Source: Macrostomum lignano (taxonomy: Eukaryota). Taken from it: a stretch of DNA of 64,000 bases. Made by a program: the position numbers and the translations under genes. Below the pieces are notes generated by a model. The model worked only from the letters and a program-made list of their open reading frames with translations. It was not told the DNA's origin and made no database searches. Below are positions 1 through 20,300 of the stretch, in pieces. Each line of letters starts with the position of its first letter. Positions within the stretch are counted from its first letter, which is position 1. The stretch is from NCBI GenBank assembly GCA_002269645.1, contig NIVC01001920.1, positions 1,203 to 65,202 of the forward strand, written 5' to 3'.

Positions 1-365
1 ATCTTATCTCTATCTCTTCTCTTCTCACCCCTTCTCTCACTCTCTTATCTCCTCTCTTTTCTATCCTTTCTACTCTCTCCTCTCTAATCTCTCCTCTCCT
101 CTTGACCCTCTGTCATCTTCTTTCTGCTCTCTCATCTCACTCTCTTCTCACTCTTCTCTACTCTCCTCTCATCGATCCTCTGTCTCATATCTCCCCTCTT
201 CTCACCTTTACTCTTTCCTCTCCCTCCTTTCTCCCTCCTCTCGCTTCTTCCTCCCTTCTTCTCTGCTCTCTCCTCACCACTTGTCTCTCCTCTTATCTTC
301 CATGTTTTCTCTTATCCCCGTCTCGCCTCTCCTCTCTTCTAATAGTCTATTCCTTCTCCTTTCCA
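1..365. repeat. CT-rich low-complexity tract
   Basis: Almost only C and T (CTCT, CTCTT), with no fixed unit. Confidence 0.8.
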
Positions 366-568
366 CTCTCATCTGGCCCGCACATAAGCTGGATTCTTTA
401 TCTGGCTTTTGAAGTAAAAGTCTGCCGATCCCTGCTTCGAAAGCCAGTTTGTGGGACGTAGTACTCTCATCGTTATTCTCATGCTTTGATCACGTCATCT
501 TTCTTGCCAATTTGCAGCCCTGAAAGGAATTTGTGAATCTTCAGCTCCACTGCAGTCTGCATCAGTCT

Positions 569-1574
569 AACAACCAAGGAAATACGCACTTCTTAGGCCA
601 TTTAAATTTCAAAGTTTAAGAGAAACTTTAAGAGAAACTTAAAATTTCCATGGTGTGCCTAATTTAGTAGGGTTGTATTTCATTGCATCGCATCGCCTTT
701 TCATAAATATTTCGCTTTTACAAACCATGCTGGATTGGCCTCGATTTACCAATTGCCATCCACTGTTAAACTGCTGCAGAGTTTGCCTATACAGAGGGGA
801 GGCAGTGGTTAGAATTTCTCACTAAACTGTTATGGCTAAACGTAGACTCTCCACTCGGGGTACAGAGAAGGCTATTAAAAAAGTTATTCCAAAACACTGT
901 ACATTCGCTATGTACATTGAGCCCTATCGCCTGACCCTTCGTCTGGCTCTGGGGGAATGAGTGAGTGAGTGGCACAAACAACAGAAAAAGCAGACAAACT
1001 TCACATGCTTACAGTTTCTTTTTCGGTTGAGTTACAGAGTTGAAACTTTACATTTAGATAGAGAATGAGTCAATGAAGAATTGTGTCAAGTTTGAAGTCA
1101 ATCGCTTTACGTGGAGCAAACTTATGGCAGCTGAAAGTTAGTCAATTTTGAAACCCTTTTACACATCTGGGCCCAGATCGGTATCGGGAAAGAGAGGCAG
1201 GCGGGCGGAGGTTGGGGTGGTTGCTACGCTGAAAAAAACAGCCTAACTTTAAAAGCGCACAGCACCGCTCAGGATTAACTTTGATACTCGAAATTTTACA
1301 TGATTGTGCCAAAATAGTTAAAGATTATCAAAATAGTGTAAAGATTATCTGTGTCAAATTTGAAGAGAATCGGTAGAAGTGGAGCGGCGCTATGGAGGAT
1401 TTAGTGAAAAAATCGCGCATTTTGAGCAGTTTTTTGTACTTTTAGGTAGGAAGACTTGAGTCTAGGAAATTTAAAGGTAGCCTAAGACATTCTCCGTAGT
1501 AAGTTTAGGGTGGGTGTAAAGTTTGGTGTCATTTGGTTGAGCGGTTTGGGAGTCCATAGCGAAGTAATTTGTCC

Positions 1575-1607
<33 letters not shown>

Positions 1608-1630
1608 GTTTTGATTTTTATATGTATAGA
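569..1630 (-). mobile_element. Non-autonomous Helitron-like element; 5' end clear, other boundary tentative
   Basis: Minus strand reads A|TCTATACATATAAAAATCAAAACTCTGTCTGTCTGTCTG...ACCGCTCAACCAAATGACACCAAACT, the typical 5' block of animal non-autonomous Helitrons. Internal diverged core repeats (GTGTCAARTTTGAAG...AATCG at about 1063 and 1351). No CTAG end was found; 569 is a guess. Confidence 0.45.
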
Positions 1631-1817
1631 TGTAGAGAAGAGATTTTTGCAATTGATCTTCAAACTTTTTTAATTTTAAAAGTTTTTATTTTTGAAGTTG
1701 ATTTTTTGACCATTTTTTCTATAATGCTTTCTTATAAAATATTTTCAAGTTGTGTGTTCAATATCTTGCTGAGCATAAGCCATAGGTACATTCTGGTATA
1801 ACACTTATTTTTTTCAG

Positions 1818-10312
<8,495 letters not shown>

Positions 10313-11092
10313 ATTTTCTCTTGCAGCTCGAATGCTATTGAAATAACAAACTGCTTTGTCAATGACTGTTGAAAATTAATAATCCTACTGTTAGTGATCT
10401 GTTAACTTTTTTTCTAGATTTTATTTCCAATTGTCAGTCATCTTTGCCAAAAATTTTAATAATTCTAACAGTTTTAGGTTAAACAGTTTTTCATTTCTAG
10501 AACAAGCGATTCGTACTACTAATCAACTGACTCGCTGCTTAAGTAGTCAGTTTCGATCAATTAGTGTATTTTTGCTTTATTTTTCAGCAAAGTTTTCATC
10601 GCTTATTTCAACTCGTGGTGTGCGGTGCCCCAGCGTTCCTTTGTACTTTTAATCACTTAATCCTGGTATTTTACTTTATCTACGTTTTATGCGCACAGAA
10701 CAATAGCACGAAGATGTTTCATTGAGTAAATACGCTTTCTGAATGATATCTGGCAGTAATATTTCATATTTAAGCATAACAACAAATATCGACTCCGATT
10801 AGCTATGTGAATTCTCTCTGGCTTTTCTTTTTTAACTCTCCCTGCCCATTTATTTAACGCAGAACCAAAAATATGCTCTTTTTTTGTACTATTTAGTCAA
10901 AATATTAACTTTTTTACTGAATTAAAGTTTTCTTAACCGTATTTATTTGAATTTTTTGTCTGTATTAAATTCGATATAAATATAATTATCGACGAGACTC
11001 GTACTAGTGACTTCTCCAAAGAAATTTGCTTTAAGTAGAACATTTTGTATTCCTCTTAGTTTTTAAATATAGAAAATTATAAGGTTGCGGTG

Positions 11093-12198
11093 AGTGGGGC
11101 TGGGGTGAAGGGGCTGGGGTGAAGGGGCTCGGGTGAAGAGGCTGGGGTGAAGGGGCTGGGGTGAAGGGGCTCGGGTGAAGGGGCTCGGGTGAAGAGGCTG
11201 GGGTGAAGGGGCTGGGGTGAAGGGGCTCGGGTGAAGGGGCTGGCGTGAAGGGGCTGGGGTGAAGGGGCTGGGGTGAGGGGGCTTAAGTGACTTGGGGCTG
11301 GGTTGAAGGGCTTGGGGGTGAAGGGGCTGGGATGATGGGGCTGGGGTGAAGGAGCTGGGGTGAAGGGGCTCGGGTGAAGGGGCTGGGGTGAAGGGCTCGG
11401 GTTAAGGGGCTGGGGTGAAGGGGCTGGGGTGAAGGGGCTGGGGTGAAGGGGCTCGGGTGAAGAGGCTGGGGTGAAGGGGCTGGGGTGAAGGGGCTCGGGT
11501 GAAGGGGCTGGGGTGAAGGGGCTGGGGTGAAGGGGCTGAGGTGAAGGGGCTGGGGTGAAGGGGCTGGGTGAAGGGGCTGGGTGAAGGAACTGGGGTGAAG
11601 GGGCTGGGGTGAAGGAGCTGGGGTGAAGGGGCTGGGGTGAAGGAGCTGGGGTGAAGGGGCTGGGTTGAAGGGCTTGGGGGTGAAGGGGCTGGGGGTGAAG
11701 GGGCTGGGGTGAGGGGGCTTAAGTGACTTGGGGCTGGGTTGAAGGGCTTGGGGGTGATGTGGCTGGGGTGAAGGAGCTGGAGTGAAGGAGCTGGGGTGAA
11801 GGGGCTCGGGTTAAGGGGCTGGGGTGAAGGGGCTGGGGTGAAGGGGCTGGGGTGAAGGAGCTGGGGTGAAGGGGCTGGGGTGAGGGGGCTTAAGTGACTT
11901 GAGGCTGGGTTGAAGGGCTTGGGGGTGAAGGGGCTGGGGGTGAAGGGGCTGGGGTGAAGGGGCTGGGGTGAAGGGGCTGGGGTGAGGGGGCTTAAGTGAC
12001 TTGGGGCTGGGTTGAAGGGCTTGGGGGTGATGGGGCTGGGGTGAAGGAGCTGGAGTGAAGGGGCTGGGGTGAAGGGGCTCGGGTTAAGGGGCTGGGGTGA
12101 AGGGGCTGGGGTGAAGGGGCTGGGGTGAAGGGGCTGGGATGAAGGGGCTGGGGGAAGGGGCTGGGGTGAAGGGGCTGGGGGAAGGGGCTGGGGTGAAG
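11093..12198. repeat. G-rich 14-bp minisatellite GGGGCTGGGGTGAA
   Basis: About 75 copies, with an occasional longer variant (GGGGGCTTAAGTGACTTGGGG), between PCYT2 and SLC22. Confidence 0.95.
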
Positions 12199-12516
12199 AG
12201 AATAAACAGTCTGACGCTCAAAATTGATTTCTGAATTTCTGAAATTGATCTGGTTACGGCAGAGTGAGCAAGAATCTCAATGCCCCGCAAATGTGTTCTC
12301 TGTACACAAGAAGGCCAAAACTGGGCTCTCAGTGAACTTTAGAGATTTGCACAAAAATACCTTATTAAATTTTTCTAGCGATAAGGCGCCGATAGATTTG
12401 TTCACAAGAGACGAAAAGATCTGCAAGTGTCCAAAATTTTAAGCACTAGTTTTAATTAAAGTTCTCGCAGACCGCAGCAGGAGCGAAAGCCCTCAGCAAC
12501 CCAACGGTGCAGGCAA

Positions 12517-14291
12517 ATGAAGTTCGACGAGCTGCTAGCGAAAATCGGCGGTTTTGGCCGATTTCAAAGAATTCAGTTCGGCCTGGTCGTGGTGCCGATC
12601 ATGTTCATCGGCATGAACCAGTTGGACTTGTTCTTCCTGGTCAGCACGCCCGGCCACCGCTGCCTGCTGGACAATGACACTGTGAACTACCTGCGTCAGT
12701 CACCGAATTACACTACTCAAGCTGAGCTGGAGTCCGCTGCTCTGGAGCCCGGCAGTGCGTGCAGCAGGCTGGTGTTGAACTTGTCGGAGGCCTGCCTGCA
12801 GCCGGCGGACGGTGGCGCCGGACTGACCTACGCCTGCCGGGCGCTCGGCGTCGAAGACTGCCTCGATGGACGTCGCTTTGGCAATGAGTTCGGCGCCACG
12901 GTGGTGACCGAGGTGGCTATATAGGCCGGGTTAATGTTTGCTTTGAGTGGAACTCTTAAAAATCGAAAGTATCCGTATTAACTATTTTTGAGGCGATTAA
13001 TTCTCTGTACTCTTCCTTTGAGGTGATTAATTCTCTGTACTCTTCCTTTGAGGTGATTAATTCTCTGTACTCTTCCTTTGAGGTGATTAATTCTCTGTAC
13101 TCTTCCTTTGAGGTGATTAATTCTCTGTACTCTTCCTTTGAGGTGATTAATTCTCTGTACTCTTCCTTTGAGGTGATTAATTCTACAAACCTAAGAAGTT
13201 CTCTAATACAAGAGAAGAAATTCCCCCAAGCTCCAGATTGTGAGATGCTCCCTATTGGAGACGAGAAATTCCCCCAAGCTCTGGATAGTGAGATGCTCTC
13301 TATTGGAGACGAGAAATTCCCCCAAGCTCTAGATAGTGAGATGCTCTCTATTGGAGACGAGAAATTCCCCCAAGCTCTAGATAGTGAGATGCTCTCTATT
13401 GGAGACGAGAAATTCCCCCAAGCTCTAGATAGTGAGATGCTCTCTATTGGAGACGAGAAATTCCCCCAAGCTCTAGATAGTGAGATGCTCCCTATTGGAG
13501 ACGAGAAATTCCCCCAAGCTCTGGATAGTGAGATGCTCTCTATTGGAGACGAGAAATTCCCCCAAGCTCTAGATAGTGAGATGCTCCCTATTGGAGACGA
13601 GAAATTCCCCCAAGCTCTGGATAGTGAGATGCTCTCTATTGGAGACGAGAAATTCCCCCAAGCTCTAGATAGTGAGATGCTCTCTATTGGAGACGAGAAA
13701 TTCCCCCAAGCTCTAGATAGTGAGATGCTCTCTATTGGAGACGAGAAATTCCCCCAAGCTCTAGATAGTGAGATGCTCTCTATTGGAGACGAGAAATTCC
13801 CCCAAGCTCTAGATAGTGAGATGCTCCCTATTGGAGACGAGAAATTCCCCCAAGCTCTGGATGGATGGAGAAATTCCCCAAGGCAGCAGAAGCCCCCGCA
13901 ATATTTAATAGATTCGCTACCACGACCCGCAGTTCGATCTGGTCTGCGAGCAGTCCATAGTGGCCACCGTTGTCAAGAGTCTGACCTTTGTTGGCCCATT
14001 CATTGGCGGCATCGCTTTCGGCCAATTGTCGGATAGGTCTGCTTAATTGTCATATGCATCCCGTGTTTACTGACTTGTTATTGACAATAGCAGGATGAAA
14101 TTGTCGCAAACTTAGCACAAAATATTCTTCAAAGTTGTGGCACCCTGACATCCAAATCAATCAATCAACAAATTAACAAATCAACCCACCAATCAAGCAG
14201 TCAATCAATCAATCAGTCAATAAACCAATCAATTAATCAACACACCAATCAATCAGTCAATCAACCAATCAATCAACCAATCAATCAAAAC

Positions 14292-14336
<45 letters not shown>

Positions 14337-17300
14337 CCAACCAGTCAATCAATCAATCAATCATCCAATCAACCAACGCTAAGCCCAGGTTCGGCCGTCG
14401 CACAGCCTTCATAGCCGGTTCAACCCTGATGCTGCTGGTCAGTGTGACAGCATCGTTCTCAGTCAGCGTGCACATGTTTGCCGCAGTGCTGTTTGTCCGC
14501 ACCTTCCTTGTCAAAGGATTGTTGCTTGTCGCGCTGTGTCTGAGTGAGTGACCCGCTAGGTATTCTGGGCAGGGAAATATAGTCAGAAGAGATAACTTTA
14601 TGAACCAGTTAAACATCAGTTGTCGGTTCTATTGGTTCCTATTTGTTTGTCCTGGATTTTTGGTTACACCTGGTCTGTATCTGATCGATATCTAATCTAT
14701 ATCTGATCTATATCTGATCTATATCTAATCTATATCTAATCTATATCTGATCTATATCTAATCTATATCTGATCTATATCTGATCTATATCTGATCTATA
14801 TCTGATCTATATCTGGTTTTATATCTAAATATACTAAATCTCTAAGGTTTGTTTGTATGCTTGTCCATAACGCTCTAGAGATTGCAATTCTTCACCGATT
14901 TTGATCGCGTTTTCGCCAAAATCCTATATACTAAAAATGAAAATCTTGCTTGTTTGTACGCAATCGATTAGAGAAAAAATGGCTGGACCGATTTTCTTCG
15001 AACTTGCACTGTTCGATCAGAAATTTTCCCGTGACGGTACATGCATCGTGGCTAAGAAATTGCTCCATGTTAAAGCGATTAAATATTCGAAAAACATGCT
15101 TTTTTGCAAAGGTCAAGCAAACTTTTCGACTTGAAATGCATTGTAATAATGCTAGAGAAAAAACTGACTGGTTGAATTCTGATTCTGAAATAGATTGCAT
15201 CATCACTGAATTGTAACTCCGACTTGAATTGAAAATGTAGTGTGGAAGCGTAGCACCAGACTTGATTTAAATTGCGTAACCATATTGTTAACTGATACTG
15301 ACTGACTGAGAAACTGATTATGTCATAACTGCCTCGTGTGATTTACTCTATGCTTGGATTTTAAAGTGTTGAATTATATAAGTGCAAAATTTGATGTTAT
15401 CAAAACGATGAGAGCTAGCCTAGAGGTGAACAAGCTGAACTGCCAAATGCAGCGACGATGGTTCGAATTTTCATAGAGTATAATTTTTTTAATTAAAGCT
15501 TTTCAACTTCAGGAAAACTAAAAGACTTTTTAAAAAGAAGCGTCATGTAAAAAATCATAGAAGTGTCATGTAAACAATCATAGAAGCGCCATGTAAAAAA
15601 TCGTAAAAGCGTTATATAAAAATCATAGAAGCGTAATGTAAAAAATCATAGAAGCGTCATGTAAACAATCATAGAAGCGTCATGTAAAAAATCATAGAAG
15701 CGTCATGAAAAAATCATAGAAGCGTCATGTAAAAAATCATAGAAGCGTCATGTAAACAATCATAGAATCGCCATGTAAAAATCGTAAAAGCGTTATATAA
15801 AAATCATGGAAGTGTAATGTAAAAAATCATAGAAGCGTCATGTAAACAATCATAGAAGCGTCATGTAAAAAATCATAGAAGCGTCATGAAAAAATCATAG
15901 AAGCGTCATGTAAACAATCATAGAAGCGTCATGCAAACAATCATAGAAGCGTCATGTAAAAATCATAGAAGCGTCATGAAAAAATCATAGAAGCGTCATG
16001 TAAACAATCATAGAAGCGTCATGCAAACAATCATAGAAGCGTCATGTAAAAGTCAAAAAAAGCGTCATAAAAAATCATAGAAGCGTCATGAAAAAATCAT
16101 AGAAGCGTCATGAAAAAATAATAAAAGCGTCATGTAATAATCATAGAAGCGTCATGCAAAAATCATAGAAGCGTCATGAAAAAATCATAGAAGCGTCATG
16201 TAAAAATCATAGAACCGTCATGTAAACAATCATAGTAGCGTCATTAAAAATCATAGAAGCGTCATGCAAACAATCATAGTAGCGTCATGTAAACAATCAT
16301 AGAAGCGTCATGCAGACAATCATAGTAGCGTCATTTAAAAAATCATAGAAGCGTCATGTAAACAATCATAGAAGCGTCATGTAAAAGTCAAAATAGCGTC
16401 ATAAAAAATCATAGAAGCGTCATAAAAAATCATCGAAGTGACATGAAAAAATCATAGAAGCGTAATGTAAAAAATCATAGAAGCGTCATGAAAAAATCAT
16501 TGAAGTGACATGAAAAAACCATTAATGCGTCATGTAAAAAATCATGGAAGCGTCATGCAAAAATCATAGAAGCGTCATGAAAAAATCATAGAAGCGTCAT
16601 GTAAACAATCATAGAAGCGTCATGTAAAAATCATAGAAGCGTCATGTAAAAAATCATAGAAGCGTCATGTAAACAATCATAGAAGCGTCATGTAAACAAT
16701 CATAGAAGCGTCATGAAAAAATCATAGAAGCGTCATGTAAAAAAAGCATAAAAGCGTCATGTAAAAAATCATAGAAGCGTCATGTAAACAATCATAGAAG
16801 CGTCATAAAAAAACCATAGAAGCGTCATGTAAACAAGCATAGAAGCGTCATGTAAACAATCATAGAAGCGTCATGTAAACAATCATAGAAGCGTCATGTA
16901 AACAATCATAGAAGCGTCATGTAAACAATCATAGAAGCGTCATGTAAAAATCATAGAAGCGTCATGTAAAAAAATCATAGAAGCGTCATGTAAACAAGCA
17001 TAGAAGCGTCATGTAAAAATCAAAGAAGCGTCATGTAAACAATCATAGAAGCGTCATGTAAACAATCATAGAAGCGTCATAAAAAAACCATAGAAGCGTC
17101 ATGTAAACAATCATAGAAGCGTCATAAAAAAACCATAGAAGCGTCATGTAAACAAGCATAGAAGCGTCATGTAAACAATCATAGAAGCGTCATGTAAACA
17201 ATCATAGAAGCGTCATGTAAACAAGCATAGAAGCGTCATGTAAAAATCATAGAAGCGTCATGTAAACAATCATAGAAGCGTCATGTAAACAATCATAGAA

Positions 17301-20300
17301 GCGTCATGTAAACAATCATAGAAGCGTCATGTAAAAATCATAGAAGCGTCATGTAAAAAATCATAGAAGCGTCATGTAAACAAGCATAGAAGCGTCATGT
17401 AAAAATCAAAGAAGCGTCATGTAAACAATCATAGAAGCGTCATGTAAACAATCATAGAAGCGTCATTAAAAAACCATAGAAGCGTCATGTAAACAATCAT
17501 AGAAGCGTCATAAAAAAACCATAGAAGCGTCATGTAAACAAGCATAGAAGCGTCATGTAAACAATCATAGAAGCGTCATGTAAACAATCATAGAAGCGTC
17601 ATGTAAAAAATCATAGAAGCGTCATGTAAACAATCATAGAAGCGTCATGTAAACAATCATAGAAGCGTCATGTAAAAAATCATAGAAGCGTCATGTAAAC
17701 AATCATAGAAGCGTCATGTAAACAATCATAGAAGCGTCATGTAAACAATCATAGAAGAGTCATGTAAACAATCATAGAAGCGTCATGTAAACAATCATAG
17801 AAGCGTCATGTAAAAAATCATAGAAGCGTCATGTAAACAATCATAGAAGCGTCATGTAAAAATCATAGAAGCGTCATGTAAACAAGCATAGAAGCGTCAT
17901 GTAAAAAATCATAAAAGCGTCATGTAAAAAATCATAAAAGCGTCATTTAAAAAATCATAGTTGCGTCATGTAAAAATCATAGAAGCGTCATGCAAACAAT
18001 AATAGAAGCGTCATGGTAAAATCATAGAAGCGTCATGCAAACAATCATAGAAGCCTCATATAAAAACTAATGAAAGTGTCATTTAAAAAATTAAGAAGAA
18101 TAATGGAAGAATAAAAGAAGCGTCATGTAAAAATCAAAAGAAGCGCCATGTCAGACATGAAAGGTGTCATATAAAAATTAAATGAAGCTATAGTACAGTG
18201 CTGTGCTGGGGAGAATTACTGAGACGTCAAGGCTCACAGAGAATAACTGAGATTACAGGTGGGGGGGGTTTCTGAGATGTCAAAGCAAAAGTCAGAAGCT
18301 ACTTCAAAGTTCATGTACTTTACTCAATTTTTATTACATTCATTGTTGGCTCGCCACAGGGGGGGCGCTGATAGAAGCAGAGTCATGTAAAAAATAAAAG
18401 TAGCACTATGTATACATATAAGAAAAGTCATGTCGAAGTTAAAAGATTCATTTGGGAATTGCTACGATGTCAAAGCTTGGTGGAAATCGTTATAGTGCTG
18501 TGATTCTTAAAGAAGGAATCACTAAAATGTCAAGGCTTAGGGGAGAAGAATTGCTGAGATTTCAAGGCTTTAGGTTGGGTTAAAGTTAGGTTTAGGTCAG
18601 GTGTGGGTTGAGGGTTATATTTTATCGGGTTTCAAGGTTAACAGGGGATTTTTTTAGATTTCAAGATTTATGGGGGGCATCGCTGACATGTCAAGGCTTA
18701 CGGGGGAATAGCTGAGATGTCAAGGCTCACGGGGGTATAAATGAGATTTCAAGGCTAAAGTCAGAAGCTACATGTAGTTTAATGAAAACTTTTTATTACA
18801 ATTTTTGTTGGCTCCTCAGGGCTCACTGATAGAAAAAGCATAATGTAAAAAATAAAAGAAGCTTCATGTCGAAGCGAAGAGATTCATTTGGGAATCCCTA
18901 CGAGGGAATCGCTATAACGCTGTAGTAGTGCTATAATGACTCAGAATTACTGAAATTTCAATGCTTTAGGGTTAGGTTAGGGTTAGGGTTAGGGTTAGGG
19001 TTAGGCTAGGGTTAGGGTTAGGGTTAGGCTAGGGTTAGGGTTAGAAGGTTGACAGATTTTTTTAGACTTCAAGGCTTATTTGGGGCATCGCTGAGATGTC
19101 AAGGGGGGAGTTGATTTGTTAAAGCTTGTGGGGGGAATTACTGACATTTCAAGGCTTACAAGGGACTTCTGAGGTATATTGCAAAGAGATGCTACATGTA
19201 GTTTATTACAAAACTTGTACTGTATTTTTGGCTCCCTAACGCTAAGATACTAAGCTAAAAAATACTACTAGCTCTTCACAAACTTATGCAGATGTCAGGC
19301 TGTAGGTTTAGTGTTAGGGTTGGTATTAGGGTTTAGGTTTAGGGTTAGGTTCAGGGTTATTGCGTTAAGATTCGGGTTAGGGTTAGGGTTAGGGTAGCTT
19401 AAAACTTGGCTCATTTAGCTTATTAAAAATGTTTATCATGGAAGCATCATGCAAAAATAATGGAAGCGTCATGCAAAAACAATGGAAGCGTCATGCCAAA
19501 AATCATAGAAGCATCGATCATGCAAAAACTCATGGACAAAATATTGAATTTAGGGTTTTGGTTAGGGTTAGAATTTTGACAGGAGATTTTTTAAGATTTC
19601 AAGGCTACATGTAGCTTATTAAAAATACGTGTATTGCATTTCTTTGGCTCCCCAACGGGGGGCGTAGATTGCTAGTCTGATCTATATCTGATCTATATCT
19701 GAACTATATCTAATCTATATCTGAACTATATCTAATCTATATCTGATCTATATCTGATCTATATCTAATCTATATCTGATCTATATCTAATCTATATCTA
19801 ATCTATATCTGATCTATATCTAATCTATATCTAATCTATATCTGATCTATATCTAATCTATATCTAATCTATATCTGATCTATATCTAATCTATATATAA
19901 TCTATATCTAATCTATATCTAATCTATATCTGATCTATATCTGATGTATATCTGATCTATATCTAATCTATATCTGATCTATATCTAATCTATATCTAAT
20001 CTATATCTGATCTATATCTAATCTATATCTGATCTATATCTGAACTATATCTAATCTAAATCTGATCTATATCTGATCTATATCTGATCTATCTTTCTCC
20101 GAACTATTCCCAATCTCTCTTATCATTAAAATTCTCAAATACTAATTTTATCCACAGTATACTCGTATAACTTCTACTCGTTCTTTCACTTAAAATTTTT
20201 TACAGTCCATTTTTAATGATTTTCATTTCAGCCATCGAAGGCGTTGACAGGCAGCATCGAAACTCGCTAGCCTACCTGCGGAACATGCTGCGGCCAGCCA

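Larger units (their letters stand above)
14824..19675 (+). mobile_element. Non-autonomous Helitron, about 4.85 kb, with satellite cargo, in SLC22 intron 3
   Basis: Starts A|TCTAAATATACTAAATCTCTAAGGTTTGTTTGTATG; ends with GC hairpin GCTCCCC-AAC-GGGGGGC then GTAGATTGCTAG|T. Inserted between A and T with no TSD; the same 11-bp array lies on both sides. Confidence 0.72.

Noticed and set aside
10992-11008. ACGAG-A-CTCGT then ACTAG|T, resembling a Helitron 3' end
   Set aside because: 5-bp stem with a 1-nt loop placed too close to CTAG, and no convincing 5' partner.
13023-14036. 337-aa ORF with 10-aa and 16-aa repeats (EKFPQALDSEMLSIGD)
   Set aside because: The 30-bp and 48-bp units are multiples of 3 and stop-free in one frame by chance. 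The ORF lies in SLC22 intron 1 and overlaps exon 2 out of frame.
18966-19395. Chromosome end or fusion site suggested by TTAGGG tracts
   Set aside because: The tracts are short, degenerate, all in one orientation and internal to a Helitron within an intron.
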